Assembly: GCF_964213995.1 (NCBI RefSeq)
Contig: NC_135804.1
Span: 59,458,001-59,522,000, forward strand
Origin: Mustelus asterias
Lineage: Eukaryota
Direction of reading: 5' to 3'
Length of the DNA: 64,000 nucleotides
A program made the translations under genes and the position numbers. The notes beneath the pieces are model-generated. The model saw only the letters and a list, made by a program, of their open reading frames with translations, was not told where the DNA came from and did no database searches. Below, piece after piece: positions 24,125-37,258 of this stretch; position 1 is the stretch's first letter; each line of letters starts with the position of its first letter.

Positions 24125-26705
24125 ATACGATGCAAGAAAGGGTGTTCCGAGGCATGGTAGATTGGCGAGACCATGCAGTCACGAGGACAGTGGATGAATG
24201 GACACCACTCGACAACCACCAGGCAGGAGTGTTCCCTTCCTGTCGGGGAACACTTCAGCAGTCGAGGGCATTCAGCTTCTGATCTTCAGGTAAGCGTTCT
24301 CCAAGGCGGCCTTCAAGACACATGTCAACGCACAATCGCTGAGCAGGAACTGATAGCCAAGTTTCGCACACATGAGGACGGCCTCAACCGGGATCTGGGT
24401 TCATGCCACACTAACTGTAAGCCTCCACGACGTGCCTGGACTTGCAAAATTTCGTTAACTGTCCTCGCTTGAAACAATTCACACCTCTTTAATCTCTACT
24501 AAACCCTCTCTCCACTCGCATTGTCTGCACCTGCTAAGACTCGCATTCCAACCATTATTTTGCAAATTGATTCTGTGTCTCTATGTGCCCTATTTGAGAA
24601 CCCAATCCTCCACTTGCCTGTTGAACGAGCAGGGCTCCGAATGCTCGTGCTACCAAATAGGCCTACTCTATCTATCCCCTTCATCATTTTATAAACCTCT
24701 TTTAAGTCTCCACTCAGCCTCCTCCGCTCCACAGAGAACAGCCCAAGTTCCCTCCACCTTTCCACATAAGACCTACCCTCCAAACCAGGCAGCATCCTGG
24801 TAAATCTCCTCTGCACTCTTTCCAGCGCTTCCACATCCTTCTTATATTGAGGTGACCAGAACTGCACACAATATTCCAAATGTGGTCTAACCATGGTCCT
24901 GTACAGTTGCAGCATAACCCCACGGCTCTTAAACTCCAACCCCCTGTTAATAAAAGCTGACACACTGTAGGCCTTCTTCACAGCTCTATCCACTTGAGTG
25001 ACAACCTTTAGAGATCTGTGGATATGGACCCCAAGATCTCTCTGTTCCTCCACAGTCTTCAGAACCCTACCTTTGACCCTGTAATCCACATTTAAATTAG
25101 TCCTACCAAAATGAATCGACTCACATTTATCAGGGTTAAACTCCATTTGCCATTTTTCAGCCCAGCTTTGCATCCTATCTATGTCTCTTTGCACCGACAA
25201 CAGCCCTCCACCTCATCCACTACTCCACCAATCTTGGTGTCATCAGCAAATTTACTGATCCACCCTTCAGCCCCCTCCTCTAAGTCATTAATAAAAATCA
25301 CAAAGAGCAGAGGACCAAGCACTGATCCCTGTGGCACTCAGCTAGCAACCTGCCTCCAATCCGAAAATTTTCCATCCACCACCACCCTCTGTCTTCGATC
25401 AGACAGCCAGTTACCTATCCAATCGGCCAACTTTCCCTCTATCCCACACCTCCTCACTTTCATCATAAGCCGACCATGGGGGACCTTATCAAACGCCTTA
25501 CTAAAATCCATGTATATGACATCAAGTGCCCTACCTTCATCAACACACTTGGTTACCTCCTCAAAAAATTCAATCAAATTTGCGAGGCACGACTTGCCCT
25601 TCACGAATCCGTGCTGACTATCCCGGATTAATCCGCATCTTTCTAAATGGTCATAAATCCCATCTCTAAGGACCTTTTCCATCAATTTACCAACCACTGA
25701 AGTCTGACTAACTGGTCTATAATTACCAGGGTCATTTCTATTCCCTTTCTTAAACAGAGGAACAACATTCGCCATTCTCCAGTCCTCTGGCACCATCCCC
25801 GTGAACAGTGAAGACCGAAAGATCAAAGCCAAAGGCTCTGCAATCTCATCCCTTGCCTCCCAAAGAATCCTAGGATACATTTCATCAGGCCCAGGGGACT
25901 TATCGACCTTCAGTTTATTCAAAACTGCCAGGACATCCTCCCTCCGAACATCTATTTCCTCCAGCCTATTAGCCTGTAACACCTTCTCTTCCTCAAAAAC
26001 ATGGCCCCTCTCCTTGGTGAACACTGAAGAAAAGTATTCATTCATCACCTCGCATATCTCTACTGACTCCATACACAAGTTCCCACTACTGTCCTTGACC
26101 GGCCCTAACCTCACCCTGGTCGTTCTTTTATTCCTCACGTAAGAGTAAAAAGCCTTGGGGTTTTCCTTGATCCGTCCCGCCAAGGACTTCTCATGTCCCC
26201 TCCGAGCTCTCCTAAGCCCCTTTTCCAGCTCATTCCTTGCTAACTTGTAACCCTCAATCGAGCCATCTGAACCTTGTTTCCTCATCCCGACATAAGCTTC
26301 CCTCTACTTTTCACAAGACATTCCACCTCTTTCATGAACCATGGTTCCCTCACTCGGCCATTTCCTCCCTGCCTGACAGGGACGTACCTATCAAGGACAC
26401 CCAGTATTTGTTCCTTGAAAAAGTTCCACTTTTCATTAGTTCCTTTCTCTGACAGTTCTGTTCCCAACTTATGCCCCTAATTCTTGCCTAATCGCATCAT
26501 AATTACCTCTCCCCCAATTGTAAACCTTGCCCTGCCGTACGGCCCTATCCCTCTCCATTGCAATGACAAAAGATACCGAATTGTGGTCAATATCTCCAAA
26601 GTGCTCTCCCACAACCAAATCTAACACTTGGCCCGGTTCGTTTCCCAGTACCAAATCCAATGTGGCTTGTTGGACTTTAACCTGGTGTTGTGAGACTTTT
26701 GACTG
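24125..26705 (+). mobile_element. Penelope-like element 3' part (GIY-YIG plus pLTR), split by a CR1 fragment
   Basis: CKKGCSEAW*IGETMQSRGQWMNGH...VGEHFSSRGHSASDLQVSVLQGG...EQELIAKFRTHEDGLNRDLG. The pLTR stops at ...CTACCAAATA (24659) and resumes TGTTGGACTTTAACCTGGTGTTGTGAGAC at ~26668. Confidence 0.85.
24664..26667 (-). mobile_element. CR1 ORF2 internal fragment lacking both 5' end and 3' tail
   Basis: ORFs 26469-26762, 25338-26285 (PGPDEMYPRIL, GNYRPVS.TSVVGK, DFSKAFDKVPH) and 24499-25200. Confidence 0.92.
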
Positions 26706-27744
26706 TTTTAATTCCATGAAGGTGTTATTTGATACTTTTCGCCATATAAACCTCTGAAGCACTTATGTCATGCAATTCAGGTTTCTGCAGCATCCGCAGT
26801 TTGAAATGGTCCTGTACTGGTGGCCCTGTCTTCATTAGTGACTTTCCTGAATCGTGGCATTCTCTCCCTAACTCATTCCGCCTGCGTAATGTAGAGCTCC
26901 AAGCTAAGGAAACAAGAAACTATCTAACTTTAATCAGGCTGCACCAGCACTGATACTCGAGAAATTGTAACAGTTGTTATGCAAGGCTAGCTCGTTTTCA
27001 GGCTGTTGCACTCAACAGATAAACGTATTCTGCTGTAGCAGAGATGAGCGAAAGAGCCATGTTCCATAATTAGCTTTCGAAACCCACGCGTCCGTATCAA
27101 TATTTAGCAACAGGTGTTAGTAATAGCAGAACAAACCCACCAGCACTTCAGCTTATTGTTTCAATGTGTTGACATTTCCATTGCTGTTCATGAATCCCTA
27201 CTTTGAATGTTAAAAATATTGCTGATCCGAGGAAGGTATCATAGACAGGTTTCATTGTTCACAGCCAACGTTGCGGTGGAGCGAGCACGTCAGGCTCCTG
27301 GGATTGTTCCAGAGTAAAACATTAATCTGGGCACTACTGATGATCAATTTGAGGGTTTTCACTCCCAGTGTACATTGCTGTTTCTTTCTAGATCAATACT
27401 AATCTAGAAATCTGCCTGAAGACAGAAAGACAACATATGCTCCCACTTGCATTCCAAGTTGGACACTTTGTCAATAAGCATTCACAGCCACTTATAATTG
27501 CCATGTACGTTCGAGTCACCATAATTCCTTTTTTTATCTGTTTGCGTATAACCTTTTCAGAACATCTTTAGAATAACCATTAGTGTGTTTCTTAAAGGGA
27601 ATGCAAATTTCTCAAAAGAGTTATTTTATGTTCGTTCATTTATGTAGTGGGAAATATATTTTAGCGTATTATTAATCCCAAGTCCCATTTTATGGAGAGA
27701 TCGGGCAGGAAGGCCGATGCCCAGTGAACTAGGAATGCAGGAAT

Positions 27745-28055
27745 CCTGAGCAATGCTCTGCGGCCTCGGGTTCGATTCCCACTATGGCCCATGAGGAACT
27801 TTGAATTCAATTGAAAAAATCTGGAACTGAAAAGTCGAATGATGACCATGAAAGCATTGTCGTAAAAAAAACAACCTGGTTCTCAAATGCCCTTCAGGGA
27901 AGGAAATTTGCCATCCCTTCCATGCCTGGCCTACAAGTGACTTCAGAAAGACAGCAATGTATTTGACTTTTAACTGCCCTCTGATATGACTTAGTAAGGC
28001 ACTTAGAAGGGCAACAAATGCTGGCCTGGTCAGCGATGCCTACTTCCTAACAGAA
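27745..28055 (+). mobile_element. tRNA-derived SINE (second family)
   Basis: B box GGTTCGATTCCC at ~27769; body TGATGACCATGAA...GAAGGAAAT.TGCC.TCC...GTGACT.CAGA shared with 48308-48655. Confidence 0.7.
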
Positions 28056-28789
28056 AAATTCTGTCCGTGATCAGTAGTGACAGGCAATAACATCTCCTTC
28101 ATGATTATCCTCAACACCGGTCCCCCACAAGGCTGTGTCCTGAGCCCCCTACTATGCTCCTTATACACCTATGACTGTGTGGTCAAATTCCTCTCCAACT
28201 CGATTTGTAAGCTTGCTGATGACACCTTCATAGTGGTCGGATCTAAAACAATGATGAGACGGAATACAGGACCTAGTGAATTGGCGCAACAACAATAATC
28301 CCTCCCTCAAAGTTAGTAAAGCGAAGGAGAGAGTCATCGACCTCAGGAAGCATAGTGGAGACCATGCCCCTGTCGACATCAACGGGGATGAAGTGGAAAT
28401 GATTGAGACCTTCAAATTTCTCGGTGTCCAAATCACCAACCACCTGCCCTGGACACTTGACAGCGACGCTATAGCTAAGCAAGTCCACCAACACATCTAC
28501 TTTCTCAGGGGCCGAAGGAAATTCGGCATGTCCGCTACAACTCTCACCCAAATTTTACAGATGCACCAGAGAAAGCAATATTTCTGGATATATCACAGCA
28601 TGGTATGGCTCCTGCTCTGACCAAGACCTCAAGGCATTAAAACGGGTCGTGAACGAAGCCCAGTCCATTACGCAAACTAGCCTTCCATACATTGACTTTG
28701 TCTGCCCGTCCCGCCGCCACGGAAAAGTAGCCAGCATAATCAATGACCCTATGCACCCCGGATATACTCTCTTCCACATTTTTCCATTG

Positions 28790-31389
28790 AACAAAGAACA
28801 AAGAACAGTACAGCACAGGAAACAGGCCCTTCGGCCCTCCAAGCCTGTGCCGCTCCTTGGTCCAACTAGACCAATCGTTTGTATCCCTCCATTCCCAGGT
28901 TGCTCATGTGACGATCCAGGTAAGTCTTAAACGATGTCAGCGTGCCTGCCTCCACCAACCTACTTGACAGCGCATTCCAGGCCCGCACCACCATCTGTGT
29001 AAAAAACATCCCTCTAATATCTGAGTTATACTTCGCCCCTCTCACCTTCAGCCCGTGACCCCTCGTGAACGTCACTTCTGATCTGGGAAAAAGCTTCCCA
29101 CCGTTCACCCTATTTATCCCCTTCATAATCTTGTACACCTCTATTAGATCTCCCCTCATTCTCCGTCTTTCCCGGGAGAACAACCCCAGTTTACCCAATC
29201 TCTCCTCATAGCTAAGACCCTCCATACCAGGCAACATCCTGGTAAACCTTCTCTGCACTCTCTCTAACGCCTCCACGTCCTTCTGGTAGTGCGGCGACCA
29301 GAACTGGACGCAGTCCTCCAAATGTGGCCGAACCAGCGTTCTATACAGCTGCATCATCAGACTCCAGCTTTTATACTCTATACCCCGTCCTATAAAGGCA
29401 AGCATACCATATGCCTTCTTCACCACCTTCTCCATCTGTGTTGCCACCTTCAAGGATTTGTGGACTTGCACACCTAGGTCCCTCTGTGTTTCTATACTCC
29501 TGATGACTCTGCCATTTATTGTATAACTCCTCCCTACATTATTTCTTCCAAAATGCATCACTTCGCATTTATCCGGATTAAACTTCATCTGCCACCTCTC
29601 CGCCCAATTTTCCAGCCTATCTATATCCTGCTGTATTGCCCGACAATGCTCTTCGCTATCCGCAAGTCGAGCCATCTTCGTGTCATCTGCAAACTTGCTG
29701 ATTACACCAGTTACACCTTCTTCCAAATCATTTATATATATCACGAATAGCAGAGGTCCCAGTACAGAGCCCTGTGGAACACCACTGGTCACAGACCTCC
29801 AGCCGGAAAAAGACCCTTCGACCACTACCCTCTGTTTCCTATGGCCAAGCCAGTTCTCCACCCATCTAGCCACTTCTCCTTGTATCCCATGAGCCTTAAC
29901 CTTCTTAACCAACCTGCCATTGGGACTTTGTCAAATGCCTTACTGAAGTCCATATAGACGACATCCACGGCCCTGCCTTCATCAACCATTTTTGTCACTT
30001 CCTCAAAAAACCCCACCAAATTTGTAAGGCACGACCTCCCTCTTACAAAACCATGCTGTCTGTCACTAATGAGATTGTTCCGTTCTAAATGCACATACAT
30101 CCTTTCTCTAAGAATCCTCCCCAACAACTTCCCTACCACGGACGTCAAGCTCACCAACCTATAATTTCCTGGGTTATCCCTGCTACCCTTCTTATACAAC
30201 GGGACCACTTTCGCTATCCTCCAATCCTCAGGGACCTCACGCGTGTCCAAAGAAGCGACAAAGATTTCCGTCAGAGGCCCAGCAATTTCATCTCTCGTCT
30301 CCCTGAGCAGTCCAGGATAGATGCCATCAGGCCCTGGGGCTTTGTCAGTTTTAATGTTCCCTAAAAAACCTAACACTTCCTCTCTTGTAATGGAGATTTT
30401 CTCTAACGGGTCAACACCTCCCTCCGAGACACTCCCGGTTAACACGCCCCTCTCCTTCGTGAATACCGATGCAAAGTATTCATTTAGGATCGCCCCTATT
30501 CCCTTGGGTTCTAAGCATAATTCCCCTCCTTTGTCCCTGAGAGGTCCGATTTTCTCCCTGACAACTCTTTTGTTCCTAACGTATGAATAGAATGCCTTAG
30601 GATTCTCCTTAATCCTGCTTGCCAAGAACATCTCGTGACCTCTTTTTGCCCTTCTAACTCCTCGTTTGATTTCTTTCCTACTCTCTCTGTATTCCTCCAG
30701 AGCTCCATCTGTTTTCAGTTGCCTGGACTTAACGTACGCCTCCCTTTTCATTTTAATCAGATCCTCAATTTCCCTGGTTATCCACGGCTCTCGAATCCTA
30801 CCTTTCCTATCTTTCCTTTTTACAGGCACATGCCTATCCTGCAGCCTTATCAATAGTTCCTTAAAAGACTCCCACATGCCAGACGCGGACTTACCCTCGA
30901 ACATCCTCTCCCAATCAACATCCACCAATTCCTGCCTAATCCGGCTATAGTTAGCCTTCCCCCAATTTAGCACCCTGCCCGTAGGACAGCACTCATCCTT
31001 GTCCATTACTATCCTAAAGTTAACAGAGTTGTGGTCACTATTTGCCACATGTTCCCCTACTGAAACTTTGACGACCTGACCGGGCTCATTTCCCAGAACT
31101 AGGTCCAGTATAGCCCCCCCTCTAGTCGGGCTATCTACATACTGTTCCAAAGAACCTTCCAGTACGCATTTTACGAATTCCTCCCCGTCCGGACCCCCAG
31201 CTCTAAGCACTTTCCAGTCTGTGCCAGGGAAATTAAAGTCCCCCACTACAACAACCCTATTTTTGCTGCACCTATCCAGAATCTCCTGACATATCCTTTC
31301 CTCCACTTCCCGTGGGCTGTTGGGTGGTCTGTAGTGCACCCCCAGCATAGTGACTGTACCCTTCCTGTTTCTGAGTTCCAACCACAGCG
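28790..31389 (-). mobile_element. Young 5'-truncated CR1 (ORF2 endonuclease plus RT, single frameshift near 29920)
   Basis: ORFs 29825-31381 (YRPPN, GDFNFP, SDHN, DFSKAFDKVP) and 28866-29912 ([12 protein letters not shown]); (TTGTTCT)n tail; 4-bp TSD ATTG at 28786-28789 and 31390-31393. Confidence 0.95.
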
Positions 31390-31533
31390 ATTGGGAAAAA
31401 GATACAATTGTCTAAGGTCACGTTCCAAATGAATCAAGAACAGTTTCTTCCCTGCTGTCATCGGACCTTTGAATAGACCTATCGTATGTTAAGTTGATCT
31501 TTCTCAACAGCCTAGATAGGACTGTAACACTAC

Positions 31534-32135
31534 CAATCGAGGGATTGAGTTTAGGAGTCCGGGGATAATGATGCAGCTCGATAAGACCCTCGTCAGACCC
31601 CACTTGGAGTACTGTGCTCAGTTCTGGTCGCCTCACTATAGGAAGGATGTGGAAAAGATTGAAAGGGTGCAGAGGAGATTTACAAGGATGTTGCCTGGAT
31701 TGAGTGGCATGCCTTATGAGGATAGGCTGAGGGAGCTCGGTCTTTTCTCCTTGGAGAGACGAAGGAGGAGAGGAGACCTAATAGAGATGTATAAGATGTT
31801 GAGAGGCATAGATCGGGTGGACTCTCAGAGGCTTTTTCCCAGGGAGGAAATGTCTGCTACGAGAGGACACAGCTTTAAGGTGCTGGGGGGTAGGTACAGG
31901 GGAGATGTTAGTGGTACGTTTTTCACACAGAGGGTGGTGGACGAGTGGAATCGGCTGCCGTCAGTGAAGGTGGAGGCGAACTCAATAGGGTCTTTTATGA
32001 GACTCCTGGATGAGAACATGGAGCTTAATAGGATGGTGGGTTATAGGTAGGTCTAGAAGATAGGGACGTGTTCGGCACAGCTTGTGGGCCGAAGGGCCTG
32101 TTTGTGCTGTAGTTTTTCTATGTTTCTATGTTTCT
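31534..32135 (+). mobile_element. 5'-truncated CR1 (ORF2 C-terminus plus tail)
   Basis: ORF 31568-32050; (TTTCTATG)n tail; TSD ACTAC at 31529-31533 and 32136-32140. Confidence 0.92.
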
Positions 32136-34248
32136 ACTACATTCTGCAGCGTTATGCTTGGTCTCTCTAGGAGCAACAAACAATACTTTTACTGTATACT
32201 AATATATGTGACAATAAAAGATCAATTTAAAAGCAGGGACTTAAAATGGAAGTCCCTTGCCTGTGTGTTTACAAATGGGAATGTGCTAGCTCTGTTCAAT
32301 GTTGTAATGGTTTTTGCAAAACTCTTCATCATTTCCATCTCCAAATTTACGATATGGGGGATACGGTAGGAGGATAAGAATCAGCTTAATAAGGAACATT
32401 CCTCACCAAGTGCCCAGAATGTGTTTAAAGTTGGCTTTTATGGCTGATTTTGGACAATATGCAGAAGCTGTAACTTCCGAGTCACTGAGGTCAGTGTTAC
32501 GGTATTTTAGCATATAGGAAAAATGCAATACGTGTGGGAGATATAAACTTAACTTTCCTAAATCTTGTGCAATCATTAGTAAAAAAAAGACAGACAATGT
32601 ATGCAGGAAGATGCCTTCAGTCATAGAAAGAAATTAATTGAATAATTAAATGTCAATAGACGAAACAGTTAGATTATTCCTGTTGTAACGATAGTGCAAT
32701 TCGGAAAGGTACAGCGACGTGTAAAATAGGACATCCGTTGCACGTGTGTGTCGCTATAATTATAGATTGAAACGCGATGTAAAATAACTGCTGCTATTGA
32801 ATACTAGATACGTCCACAGTGTGTTGCAATGTTGTTACATTTAGAACCGACATGTTCGCATTTCGAGAAGACCGAGTGAAATACGTCCACTGCCAAGTTC
32901 CAATCGTCAATACGCCTTGTCACTATTTAGCAATGTATAAGTGCAGCTCAAAACAGAAACTTACAAACCCCCAGCAATTGGTTTGCACGTTATCAGCTTA
33001 TCCAGATAAAGAGCCAACGCAATAATCTTTTACATACCATAAGTAGAGGTGCCACTATTTGGGTTAATTTAGCATCAAAATTATTTACACTACTTTGTTT
33101 CCGCATTGAGTCAACTGTTGTTTTTCAGGTCAGAAAATTACATGTTAGGACTTTATTGCAAAACGGAATTCGATGCATACCCATAAAGGAGAACTTTGAT
33201 TGCTCTGGAGAAAAAATCAGGAGTGGGAATAATTGGGCAATGCTGTCAAATTGCCAGCACGGATCAAACGGTCGCCTTCTCAGATGCAGGATTCCATAAT
33301 TCGACATGGTGTCATGTGGAAATGGATGTTTGTAAAGCAAGAAACAAACCCGAACCTACTTTCAGTAAGTTAATAGGGAAATCCAAGTATTCAGCTTCAC
33401 CCCTTTTCTATCAGGAGCATCAGCTGAGCTGGATGTGACGCACTGGCATGTACTCAACGTGATAACGGGACGTATGAATAATCTACACGCAGGTTTTTCT
33501 GCGTTACTGAACAAAGTGAACACTGATCGTTAATTTGTAAGAATTCGTAGAAAACCGATTTTTAAATTTTACTTTACTATACAGGTAATTAGGTACCACA
33601 AGACACAATGTACCGTTGTAGCCGAAGGAACATATTTGTCATTATTTAAAAAAATACTCATTGAACAATAATGTATGACAAGAAAGTTACTTTCTTCCTA
33701 AAGCAACGAAAATAAACTTCTTAAAATAACTGAGTAGCAAGTGACTACCATGTACTGCATTATCTGATAGACACGGTATCATACAGTACAAATACTCCTG
33801 CTCGCGGTAGGGCAAAGGGACGCGATCAGTGTCGACCAGAGAAGTGAATTCTGCGTCGAAATTCAATGGCTAATTGATTTTCGCCTCCATATAGCCAGTC
33901 GCTTTTACTCCATTTTGTTTTGCTCTCCGCAGTTCGGCATATTCAGTGCACCTTTCGTTGGCTTTGCCTTTGTCTGAGCCAGTCAACGCTACACGTGCGT
34001 ATATCAGGTCATTACCGACTTTCCTTTGTTGTGTCTGCAAGGTCAATGTTTGAAAACATTGTTTATTGGTTGCTTCGCAAGTCCGCTATTCAAAAGATTC
34101 ATCAGAAAGACACGCAGATCATCTTATAGACAGCATACGGGCAAAGTCATAAGAACATAAAAACATAAGAAATAGGAGCAGGAGTAGGCCATCTAGCCCC
34201 TCGAACCTGCCCCGCCATTCAATAAGATCATGGCTGATCTGACGTGGA

Positions 34249-37200
34249 TCAGTACCACTTACCCGCCTGATCCCCATAACCCTTAATTCCCTTACCGATC
34301 AGGAATCCATCCATCCGCGCTTTAAACATATTCAGCGAGGTAGCCTCCACCACCTCAGTGGGCAGAGAATTCCAGAGGTTCACCACCCTCTGGGAGAAGA
34401 AGTTCCTCCTCAACTCTGTCTCAAACCGACCCCCCTTTATTTTGAGGCTGTGTCCTCTAGTTTTAACTTCCTTACTAAGTGGAAAGAATCTCTCCGCCTC
34501 CACCCTATCCAGCCCCCGCATTATCTTATAAGTCTCCATAAGATCCCCCCTCATCCTTCTAAACTCCAACGAGTACAAACCCAATCTCCTCAGCCTCTCC
34601 TCATAATCCAAACCCCTCATCTCCGGTATCAGCCTGGTGAACCTTCTCTGCACTCCCTCCAATGCCAATATATCCTTCCTCATATAAGGGGACCAATACT
34701 GCACACAGTATTCCAGCTGCGGCCTCACCAATGCCCTGTACAGGTGCATCAAGACATCCCTGCTTTTATATTCTATCCCCTTCGCAATATAGTCAACATC
34801 CCATTTGCCTTCTTGATCACCTGTTGTACCTGCAGACTGGGCTTTTGCGTCTCATGCACAAGGACCCCCAGGTCCCTTTGCACGGTAGCATGTTTTAATT
34901 TGTTTCCATTGAGATAGTAATCCCATTTGTTATTATTTCCTCCAAAGTGTATAACCTCGCATTTCTCAACGTTATACTCCATTTGCCATATCCTCGCCCA
35001 CTCACTCAGCCTGTCCAAATCTCTCTGCAGATCTTCTCCGTCCTCCACACGATTCACTTTTCCACTTATCTTTGTGTCGTCTGCAAACTTCGTTACCCTA
35101 CACTCCGTCCCCTCCTCCAGATCATCTATATAAATGGTAAACAGTTGCGGCCCGAGTACCGATCCCTGCGGCACGCCACTAGTTACCTTCCTCCAACCGG
35201 AAAAACACCCATTTATTCCGACTCTTTGCTTCCTGTCGGATAGCCAGTCCCCAATCCACTTTAACACACTACCCCCAACTCCGTGTGCCCTAATCTTCTT
35301 CAGCAGCCTTTTATGGGGCACCTTATCAAACGCCTTTTGGAAATCCAAAAACACCGCATCCACCGATTCTCCTCCATCAACCGCCCTAGTCACATCTTCA
35401 TAAAAATCCAACATGTTCGTCAAGCACGACTTTCCCCTCATGAATCCATGCTGCGTCTGATTGATCGAACCATTTCTATCCAGATGCCCTGCTATCTCCT
35501 CTTTAATAATGGATTCCAGCATTTTCCCTACTACAGACGTTAAGCTGACCGGCCTATAGTTACCCGCCTTTTGTCTCCTTCCTTTTTTAAACAGCGGCGT
35601 AACATTAGCCGTTTTCCAATCAACCGGCACTACCCCAGAATGCAACGAGTTTTGATAAATAATCACTAACGCATCCACTATTACCTCTGACATTTCTTTC
35701 AATACCCTGGGATGCATTCCATCCGGATCCGGGGACTTATCCACCTTCAGTCCCATTAGTCTACCCAGCACTGCCTCTCTGGTAACATTAATCGTATTAA
35801 GTATTTCTCCTGCTGCCAACCCTCTATCGTTAATATTTGGCAAACTATTTGTGTCCTCCACCGTGAAGACCGACACAAAAAACTTATTTAAAGACTCAGC
35901 CGTATCCTCATTTCCCACTATTAACTCCCCCCTCTCGTCCTCCAAGGGTCCAACATTCACTCTAGCCACTCTATTCCTTTTTATATATTTGTAAAAACTT
36001 TTACTATCATTTTTTATATTAATTGCTAGCCTAGCTTCATAGTCTATCCTTCCTTTCTTTATCGCTTTCTTAGTCTCTCTTTGTTGTTTCTTAAATTTTT
36101 CCCAATCACTTGTTTCTCCACTATTTTTGGCCACTCTGTACGCAGCTGTTTTTATTTTAATACTCTCCTTTATTTCCTTCGTTATCCACGGCTGGTTCTC
36201 CCTTTTCTTACAATCCTTGTTTTTTGCTGGAATATATTTTTGCTGAGAACTGAAAAGGATCTCCTTAAAAATCCTCCACTGTTCCTCAGCTATCCTACCT
36301 GCCAGCCTGCTCTCCCAGTCTACCTTAGCCAATTCATCCCTCATCCTATCATATTTCCCTCTGTTCAAACAGAGGACACTGGTTTGGGACCAAACTTTCT
36401 CCTCTTCCATCTGAATCAGAAATTCGACCATATTGTGGTCACTAGACCCAAGAGGATCCTTCACAATAAGATCCTTAATTCTACCTACCTCGTTACACAA
36501 TACCAGATCCAAAATAGCTCGTTCCCTCGTCGGTTCCGTAACATGCTGTTCAACGAAACTATCCCGACAGCATTCTAAGAACTCTTCCTCCATTCCACCC
36601 TTACTGACTTGAGTCTGCCAGTCAATGTCCATGTTGAAGTCCCCCATGATTATTGCCGTTCCGTTTTTACACGCATCCCTTATCTGCTTGTTTATAGCCC
36701 TCCCTACCTCAACATTATTATTTGGGGGCCTATATACCACACCTACTAGTGTCTTTCTCCCTCTACTATTCCTCATCTCTACCCATAATGATTCCACGTT
36801 TTGTTCCTCAGAGCCTATGTCATCCCTCAGTACTACCCTGATATTATCTCTTATTAATAGCGCGACCCCACCACCTTTTCCTTCCTGTCTATTCTTCCTA
36901 AACGCCTGATACCCCTGGATATTCATCTCCCAGTCCTGGTCACCTTTCAGCCACGTTTCTGTAATGGCCACTAGATCGTACCCACTTGTGCTGATTTGCA
37001 CCATCAACTCATTTACCTTGTTCCGAATGCTTCGTGCATTCAGGCAAAGTGTCCTTATTCCAGCTTTTATCTGGACCCGCTTTGATGAGTCGCGAACACC
37101 CTCTCCCTCTACTCCCTTATCTAAATTACCGCCTTCATTCACTTGCACCCTCTCCTCTACCATTAATTTTGTAATTCCCCTTACCCCTGCATCCTCCCCC

Positions 37201-37253
37201 CCATCAATTAGTTCCTTGATCCTAGTCAACTCTTCTAGCTCCCCTCCCCCCAA
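34249..37253 (-). CDS. CR1 ORF2p (APE endonuclease plus reverse transcriptase) with one 1-nt deletion near 34790
   Basis: [41 protein letters not shown]. The 826-aa and 167-aa ORFs join as ML(x)YIAKGIEYK if one base is restored. Confidence 0.92.
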
Positions 37254-37258
37254 CCTAT

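Larger units (their letters stand above)
28060..32222 (+). mobile_element. Rex/Babar-type LINE 3' part, hosting two CR1 insertions
   Basis: LNTGPPQGCVLSPLL.SLYTYDC...LADDT and FKFLGVQIT..L.W. Resumes at 31390 (GKRY..LRSRS...KNSFFPA.I) and at 32136 with a 3'UTR ending ACAATAAA. Confidence 0.8.
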
